From: Nostoc punctiforme PCC 73102
GTDB lineage: Bacteria; Cyanobacteriota; Cyanobacteriia; Cyanobacteriales; Nostocaceae
DNA length: 32,000 nucleotides
Reading direction: 5' to 3'
Assembly: GCF_000020025.1 (NCBI RefSeq)
Contig: NC_010628.1
Coordinates: 5,160,001-5,192,000, forward strand
This document shows, one piece after another, positions 9,068 through 15,067 of the stretch. Under the pieces are notes generated by a model that ran no database searches, was not told the DNA's origin, and worked only from the letters and a program-made list of their open reading frames with translations. Every line of letters starts with the position of its first letter. The first letter of the stretch is position 1. The position numbers were made by a program, and so were the translations under genes.

Positions 9068-9076
9068 TGGTATAAT
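9068..9076 (+). promoter_or_regulatory. Extended -10-like element TGGTATAAT
   Basis: This is an exact TGnTATAAT match. It ends only 9 nt before the ATG at 9086, which would imply a nearly leaderless recR mRNA if both are used. Confidence 0.3.
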
Positions 9077-9085
9077 TACCTAAAA

Positions 9086-9829
9086 ATGTCTGTAAGTAAG
9101 CGATCGCATCTTACAGTTAACCTCGCCAACTTGATAGGCTCAAAAGCTTCCATAATAAACGCCATACCAGACAGATGGAAGTACCTGAAAAATGTCATCA
9201 TAGTTAAGGTAAAACATTCTGGAGATAAGACAACGGTTTACGCACGCCCTTTAGCACGGTTAATTGAGCAATTGCAACGCCTGCCGGGAGTTGGCCCTAA
9301 ATCTGCCCAAAGACTGGCTTTGCATATTTTGAAGCGTCCAGAAGCAGAAGTAGAAGCTTTGGCACAAGCTTTAATTGAAGCCAAAAAACAGATAGGCTTG
9401 TGTTCTGTTTGCTTTCACTTATCTGCTGAACCTGTTTGTGAAATCTGTCGCAATGCCAACCGTGACAACAATACTATCTGTGTCGTAGCAGATCCCCGCG
9501 ATGTAATTGCGCTGGAAAAAACCCGCGAATACAAAGGCAAATATCACGTTTTGGGTGGGGTGATTTCTCCAATTGATGGAATTGGGCCAGAACAGTTGAA
9601 TATACTGGCTTTGCAGCGACGGGTGAATCAACAAAAGCCTCAAGAAGTGATTCTGGCAATTAGTCCCAGCGTAGAAGGGGAAACAACAACACTATATATA
9701 GGTCAGCTACTGAAACCATTTACCAAGGTGACGCGGATTGCCTTTGGTTTGCCTGTAGGTGGTGATTTGGAATACGCCGACGAAGTGACCCTGGCAAGGG
9801 CATTGGAAGGACGCAGGGAGTTAGATTAA
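9086..9829 (+). CDS. recR: Recombination protein RecR, with an unusual N-terminal extension of about 45 aa if the start is 9086
   Basis: The ORF carries an HhH motif ([13 protein letters not shown]), a C4 zinc finger ([18 protein letters not shown]) and Toprim motifs ([29 protein letters not shown]). The conserved RecR core begins near 9230. No ATG or GTG lies in frame between 9086 and that point; the only in-frame alternative is a TTG at 9131. Confidence 0.85.
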   Translation: MSVSKRSHLTVNLANLIGSKASIINAIPDRWKYLKNVIIVKVKHSGDKTTVYARPLARLIEQLQRLPGVGPKSAQRLALHILKRPEAEVEALAQALIEAKKQIGLCSVCFHLSAEPVCEICRNANRDNNTICVVADPRDVIALEKTREYKGKYHVLGGVISPIDGIGPEQLNILALQRRVNQQKPQEVILAISPSVEGETTTLYIGQLLKPFTKVTRIAFGLPVGGDLEYADEVTLARALEGRRELD

Positions 9830-9859
9830 GCTTAATTAAAAGGTTTATAAACATTTTGA

Positions 9860-9889
9860 GGTAGGGGTAATTCATGAATTGTCCCTACC
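9860..9889. terminator. 30-nt hairpin with the same AATTCATGAATT core, between the convergent recR and CHAT genes
   Basis: ggtaggggtaattcatgaattgtccctacc pairs along its full length as RNA, with two G-U pairs. It lies between the recR stop (9829) and the CHAT gene stop (9898). Confidence 0.6.
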
Positions 9890-9897
9890 CCAAAGTA

Positions 9898-12800
9898 TTA
9901 ATTAGGCTTACCCGTAATTGTAAATGCTGCCCAGTAGTAAGGATGATTATAAAGATTTTTATCTGATGCCATTTTACTATTTCTATATAGTTGCGTCGCT
10001 AAATAAGTTTGAATCCGTAATTCTTCAGGATGCAGATTATTCAAAATATCTTCATACCATTTTGTCAGTTCTCCAGCAGTTAGTTCTTTCAGCCACCGTG
10101 TTGCTTCCGCTAAGGCAGTAACTGCTGATTTATTAAGCTGTAATCTCCGATAAAATTCTATCATTACCAAGGCACTAGCTGAAGATTCTACACTCCAGAG
10201 AGTACTAACTATATGAGGCACACCCTGACTTACAAAACTACTGGCTAAACTCACATATTCACTGCTGATAGTGTGGTTGTTAATACTTAAATTTTCACAC
10301 GCAGAGAGAGTAATCAGGTTGTAAGTTGATAGATTTTGTTGATAAATTTCATCTAGAGTCAGTTTTTCTTCACCTGCTAATGCTAATTCTGACTTTTTGG
10401 GTTCAGCTAAATTATTAGTGACATGACCTGTAAAATGAAAAATATTGTAATTATCAAACAAGGCATTTTCAACAATATTTTTTGTAGCTTCTGCTCCCTG
10501 AATTCGTTGGATATTATTGAACATCTGGCTCACAACTTCAGATTCGAGTTTGGCAAATTTTAGTGGAGGATAACCTGCACTTTCAGGATGTTCAACACTG
10601 AGCAATAACTGATTTTGCCATTGCCAAATATCTTCAGTTCTTATTGATAAACCTATTTGGGCACTAGGTAGATAGGTGACGGTGAAATTGGACTCCACAT
10701 TCGGCAACTCTTCTTGGGATGGGGAAGAAAGATGAAAAAGCGTATGAATGGGCAATCTGTACAAGTCGCGGTGAGGAATTAAAACCAGTTGGGTGATGCC
10801 TTCGAGTTCCTGGGCAATTGTGGAAATATTCAAGATGCCATACAACTGCACTAGCTTCTGTTCCATATCCACTCGCCAAGAATGCTGGCTTTTACTTTCT
10901 TTGTCTTGGGCTGTGGTGCGATATTCTTGGTATTGTTGATGCCAATCTTCTAGCCAATTTTCAAATTCAATTAGGCGTTGCACTGCTTCAGGTAGCGGCA
11001 ATTCATTGAGACGAATAGCGTCTTCTCCTAAAGGTATTGCCCCAGCATCTTGCATGGGTGTAAACAGGAGAATCGGTGATGGCGCTTGGTCTTTGAGAAT
11101 GAAAGTATGTAGGGCGACTGGACTAATATGCCAGTAAATAATTGCTGTTGTGGGATTAAATAGTTGTTGAATTGCGCCATAATGGGGCGAGTAAAAATTA
11201 TTATTCCAGCCAGAAAGTAGCCAGTTTAAACAAGCATTTTTGCCCTGTTCGGCAATTTCCCAAGCTTCAACTAAATCACCAGACTCTACTGCTAAATCAA
11301 CTGCCAATTGATCAAAGCCTGCAAATTTCAAAGCTAGCTGTTTTTTACTTTCGTCTGAGCGAGTCTCTTCACTCAGCAATTGTCGCAATAAATCTGTACC
11401 GCGTTGTAGCAATTCTTGAACTTGTGTTGTTTGTCCCAAACCCATCAGTACTTTGCTTAGAGATTGCAAAACCTCAAGGTGGAACAGGGGAAAATATTCT
11501 AGTGTCAGCGTTAACAACGCCTGATGGTACTCAGATGCAGCTTTGCGCCAATAATCGCGGGGATTGGGATGTTTCTTGCCTTGGTCGTAATAAGTATTAG
11601 CGATCGCCAGATGCAATCTACCCCAACCTTCTGGGTGGGTATCTGTCCGCAGATGTTTTAACCCTTCTTCGTAGCTGGCTAATTTTCCTTCGTAGCCGCC
11701 CTGTTGTAGGGCGGGATTTGCCGCCGTTATATTACTCGACAAATTCAGCAATGCGTCAGAATTTACTAAATTACCGATCGCAGTTCCCCGACCAATCCAA
11801 GCTTCCCAATAATCTTGTTTAATTTCCAAAGCGTTATCATAACAAGCGATCGCTTCGGCAAATTGTTCTAAATAAAACAGCGCTACTGCCTGATTATACC
11901 AAGCTAAGTGGAAGTCAGGTTTGATGGCGATCGCTTGGCGATAGGAAGCGATCGCTTCTTGGCGACGACCTAAGTTGTCTAATGCTATACCTCGGTTGTA
12001 CCAAGCTAAGTAGAAGTCGGCTTGAACTGAAAGGGCTTTATCCCAGGAGGCGATCGCTTCTGACCACCTTCCTAGATTAAACAGCACTACACCCCGGTCT
12101 ATCCAAACTTCGTGGTACTCTGGGTTAATTTCTAGGGCTTTGTCGTAGGATATAATCGCCTCTGCAAATTGTTCGCCTACAGCTAGGGCTATCCCTCGGT
12201 GATACCAGTTTTCCTGGTCTTCTGGTTCCAAATGCAGCGCTTGATCGTAACTATAAATAGCTTCTGGTAGCCAACCTAACTTCAGTAGCGCCAAACCCTT
12301 GCTAGACCAAGCTTCTTGGTAGTCTGGCTTGACTTCTATGGCTTTGTCAAAAGAAGCGATCGCTTCTTCAAAATATCCTAATTCCCCGAGAGTTCCACCC
12401 CGGTTGTACCAAGCTTTGTAGAAGTCGGGTTTTAGTTCTATGGCGGTTTCGTAAGATGCGATCGCTTCTTCAAAACGTTCTAAATGGAACAGTATCAAGC
12501 CTCGATTAAACCAATACTCTGAGAATTCAGGTTGAAGTTCAATAGCTCGATCGTAAGATGCGATCGCGCCTAACAAATCACCTGTTTTCGCTTGGCTTAG
12601 ACCTTGGTAAAACCATCCTTGAGCGTTAGTAATCGGATTATTGCTATGTCGCTCAATAATACCAGGAGAATTACTGCTTTGAACTGCCAAGTTAGAAGCA
12701 AGCTGCTGGACTAAATTGGTACTCTGATCCAATTTCACCCACAACTCATCTAATGTATTAGCTACATTTGGCTCTAAATTTGTCAAAGCGCTATCCCAGT

Positions 12801-13866
12801 TTTCCACTGAGGGAGAAGAAGTTGTTAATTCACTTCTTGGCCTAGTAGAAAGGAGATTTACTCCTGTTGTACTTTGAACAACTTCTTCATCATCGAACCT
12901 CAGTTGGGCTAATGAGGTGATTGAATCTTCCTTTGCGGGGAGAGGGAGATTTGCGGGTATTGTGGTTTGGGCTTCTTCCCTTTCATACTCCAATACCAGT
13001 TCCTCTAAATTTTCGGTGAATGTTTCCTCAAAAGAGACATTTTCAGATGCTGGCGTGATTGGTTCAACATCTGGCACATTATATTCCCATAACTGCTCAC
13101 CTAAGCTACGAATTAGCTCTTGCCCAGGCGAAATTGGGATAATTTCTTCATCGGTTGTGATTTCTACAACATCTGGCTCATCATACTCCCATAACTGCTC
13201 GCCTAAATTGCGGATTAGTTCTTCCCCAGGAGTGATTTCTACGACATCTGGCTCATCATACTCCCATAACTGCTCGCCTAAATTACGGATCAGTTCTTCC
13301 CCAGGAGTAGTTTCTATGACATCTGGCTCATCATACTCCCATAACTGCTCGCCTAAATTGCCGATCAGTTCTTCCCCAGGAGCGATTTCTACCCCATATT
13401 GTTCAGGAGTAATTTCTAAGCCCGCTTCTGGATAATTCTCCTCATCCTCTATCTGTGTAGGTGAGTTTTGCATCATTCGGATGCCAATGTCATAAGCAAC
13501 ATCTCCAATTCTGCCAACACCAAGTTCCCCCAATTGCACCATCTGTGATGCTAAAAGAGGATTCGGCGCAGGTGAAGCTAGCAAGCTTTCGCCAAACGTC
13601 ACCAACCAATCTATCCAGCGTTCAGCCGGAATTCGATTTTCGACCCGTTGCAGATACCTCAATGCCCACTGTCGTCCTCGTGCTTGATGCACGCCTTCTA
13701 ACAATTGGATAAACAATTGTTCCAGATCCGCATTGGTTAGTTCTGGTAGTATCTCCACCAGATTGTGTCCTCTTGCACCCTTGAGAGAACTAGCCTGCTT
13801 ACTTTCAATGAGGCGCTTTAAAAGCCTTTTAAGCGACTGCGATATCCGCCTGAGCATCTGCCACAC
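9898..13866 (-). CDS. Large multidomain protein: N-terminal module, WEY tandem repeats, 8 TPR repeats, a helical region and a C-terminal CHAT (caspase-like protease) domain
   Basis: The 1322-aa ORF has eight 34-aa TPRs with conserved (E)AIASY..A(I/L)E..P. The C-terminal CHAT hallmarks are LVLIPHRDLYRLPIHTLF, a His motif (FHFTGHV) and a Cys motif (ITLSACEN). Confidence 0.9.
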   Translation of the reverse strand: MWQMLRRISQSLKRLLKRLIESKQASSLKGARGHNLVEILPELTNADLEQLFIQLLEGVHQARGRQWALRYLQRVENRIPAERWIDWLVTFGESLLASPAPNPLLASQMVQLGELGVGRIGDVAYDIGIRMMQNSPTQIEDEENYPEAGLEITPEQYGVEIAPGEELIGNLGEQLWEYDEPDVIETTPGEELIRNLGEQLWEYDEPDVVEITPGEELIRNLGEQLWEYDEPDVVEITTDEEIIPISPGQELIRSLGEQLWEYNVPDVEPITPASENVSFEETFTENLEELVLEYEREEAQTTIPANLPLPAKEDSITSLAQLRFDDEEVVQSTTGVNLLSTRPRSELTTSSPSVENWDSALTNLEPNVANTLDELWVKLDQSTNLVQQLASNLAVQSSNSPGIIERHSNNPITNAQGWFYQGLSQAKTGDLLGAIASYDRAIELQPEFSEYWFNRGLILFHLERFEEAIASYETAIELKPDFYKAWYNRGGTLGELGYFEEAIASFDKAIEVKPDYQEAWSSKGLALLKLGWLPEAIYSYDQALHLEPEDQENWYHRGIALAVGEQFAEAIISYDKALEINPEYHEVWIDRGVVLFNLGRWSEAIASWDKALSVQADFYLAWYNRGIALDNLGRRQEAIASYRQAIAIKPDFHLAWYNQAVALFYLEQFAEAIACYDNALEIKQDYWEAWIGRGTAIGNLVNSDALLNLSSNITAANPALQQGGYEGKLASYEEGLKHLRTDTHPEGWGRLHLAIANTYYDQGKKHPNPRDYWRKAASEYHQALLTLTLEYFPLFHLEVLQSLSKVLMGLGQTTQVQELLQRGTDLLRQLLSEETRSDESKKQLALKFAGFDQLAVDLAVESGDLVEAWEIAEQGKNACLNWLLSGWNNNFYSPHYGAIQQLFNPTTAIIYWHISPVALHTFILKDQAPSPILLFTPMQDAGAIPLGEDAIRLNELPLPEAVQRLIEFENWLEDWHQQYQEYRTTAQDKESKSQHSWRVDMEQKLVQLYGILNISTIAQELEGITQLVLIPHRDLYRLPIHTLFHLSSPSQEELPNVESNFTVTYLPSAQIGLSIRTEDIWQWQNQLLLSVEHPESAGYPPLKFAKLESEVVSQMFNNIQRIQGAEATKNIVENALFDNYNIFHFTGHVTNNLAEPKKSELALAGEEKLTLDEIYQQNLSTYNLITLSACENLSINNHTISSEYVSLASSFVSQGVPHIVSTLWSVESSASALVMIEFYRRLQLNKSAVTALAEATRWLKELTAGELTKWYEDILNNLHPEELRIQTYLATQLYRNSKMASDKNLYNHPYYWAAFTITGKPN
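13077..13393 (-). repeat. In-frame tandem repeats inside the CHAT gene (three near-identical 75-bp units plus one longer degenerate unit)
   Basis: The units 13169-13243, 13244-13318 and 13319-13393 differ at only a few positions. Each encodes TPGEELIRNLGEQLWEYDEPDVVEI. A degenerate unit lies at 13077-13168. Confidence 0.9.
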
Positions 13867-13887
13867 TATTGGATTTTGTTTTTCTAG

Positions 13888-13893
13888 ATTGTA
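13888..13893 (-). promoter_or_regulatory. Candidate -10 box (TACAAT) of the CHAT gene
   Basis: The minus-strand GCTACAAT lies 21 nt upstream of the ATG. The same CGAT-GCTACAAT block occurs at the same distance upstream of the paralogue at 14748-14753. Confidence 0.3.
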
Positions 13894-14027
13894 GCCATCG
13901 TTGTGTTAAAAAAATCATCAATTACGTAAAAATCCATTAGATTAGGACAGCGCTTCCGTCGCAGGTTAGCAAAAAATATACCAAAATTCAAGAGTAAAGC
14001 ATTACAACGTTACAATTCCCGATTCGA

Positions 14028-14726
14028 CTAATTTTCTGTTTGCTCTGTAGTCGATTGACCAGCAGGATACAATTGATTTATCAATGCCTGGACAAGCACT
14101 TGTGGATCGTCTGTCTCAACGGCAAGCTGTTGGGCAATCTGCTGGCGTAAGTTTTCATCCTCCTGCAACATTACAAACAACTCTTCTAGGGTGACAGTTT
14201 GATATTCTCCCTCTGGGGGATTCTCTGGCGCATCTGCTGACTCTGATATGGGAGCGGTTGGCTCAGATTGTAAAGTCGTGCTAAAAGCATCTGGCCCTTC
14301 ATATTCCCAAATTGGTTCGCCTTGATTGCGTGTCAATAACTGCATTCCAATACTATAGGCAACATCTCCAATTTCTCCAATGTCCAACTCACCTAGTTGT
14401 ACTAGCCGTGCAGCTATTTCATTATTCGGTGTCGGTGATGCTAGCAATTTTTCACCAAAGCGCCCTAACCACTGAACCCAATCTTCAGTTGTAATCCGAT
14501 GTTCAATATTATGCAGCCACTTTTGCGCCCAGGCTTCCCCTCGTGCTTGATGTACTCCTTGCAACAGCTCGGTGAAGAGAAATTCCAAATCCGTATCGCT
14601 TAGGGGTGGTGCTGGTTCTTTTGGGATATTCCCTCTAGATTTTGAGACATTCTGTTTTCCACCGAACAAGCTCTGAAAAAGCTTTTTGAGCCATTGAAAT
14701 AGCCGCTTGAGCATCTGCTGCACCAT
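14028..14726 (-). CDS. Stand-alone paralogue of the N-terminal module of the adjacent CHAT/TPR protein
   Basis: The 232-aa ORF aligns by eye with residues 1-135 of the CHAT protein. Matches include a basic amphipathic N-terminus, DLE(F/Q)LF..LL.GVHQARG, W..W...FGE.LLASP.PN, QLGEL.(I/V)G.IGDVAY.IG and one WEY motif (GEPIWEYEGPD). Confidence 0.75.
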   Translation of the reverse strand: MVQQMLKRLFQWLKKLFQSLFGGKQNVSKSRGNIPKEPAPPLSDTDLEFLFTELLQGVHQARGEAWAQKWLHNIEHRITTEDWVQWLGRFGEKLLASPTPNNEIAARLVQLGELDIGEIGDVAYSIGMQLLTRNQGEPIWEYEGPDAFSTTLQSEPTAPISESADAPENPPEGEYQTVTLEELFVMLQEDENLRQQIAQQLAVETDDPQVLVQALINQLYPAGQSTTEQTEN

Positions 14727-14747
14727 CGAGTTTTGCTTATTTATAAA

Positions 14748-14753
14748 ATTGTA
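14748..14753 (-). promoter_or_regulatory. Candidate -10 box (TACAAT) of the N-module paralogue
   Basis: The minus-strand CGATCGCTACAAT lies 22 nt upstream of the ATG at 14726 and is paralogous to the block at 13888-13900. Confidence 0.3.
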
Positions 14754-15067
14754 GCGATCGCACTGGACTATGACGTTAGTTCTTTGTCATTTGTCATTAG
14801 TTCTTTTTTCCTAACTTCCGACTCTTGACAAGAACAAATGTACTAAATGCTATGCTATAATTCCGATACATTGATGTTGAAATCATAGTAAAAAATTATG
14901 ATCTGGTTGTTTGCTTTCCTGAGTGCCAAAATTGACGGCATTAGTTGAGTGTAAGCGCTATAGCAACATCGATGAAGAAAGCAGGTACGAGAGTTTAAAA
15001 TAATTGAATCCCAAACTCGACTCGGTGCTACTAATTAACGTTGAAAGGCATTGAAGTCTATTTTTCC

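Noticed and set aside
12917-13712. Plus-strand ORFs of 172 aa and 83 aa with the striking internal repeat SSYSHNCSPKLRISSSPGV
   Set aside because: They lie antisense to the CHAT gene. Their repeats are just the mirror image of the 75-bp coding repeats, and the minus-strand frame carries clear conserved protein motifs. They are an artefact of the repeat structure.
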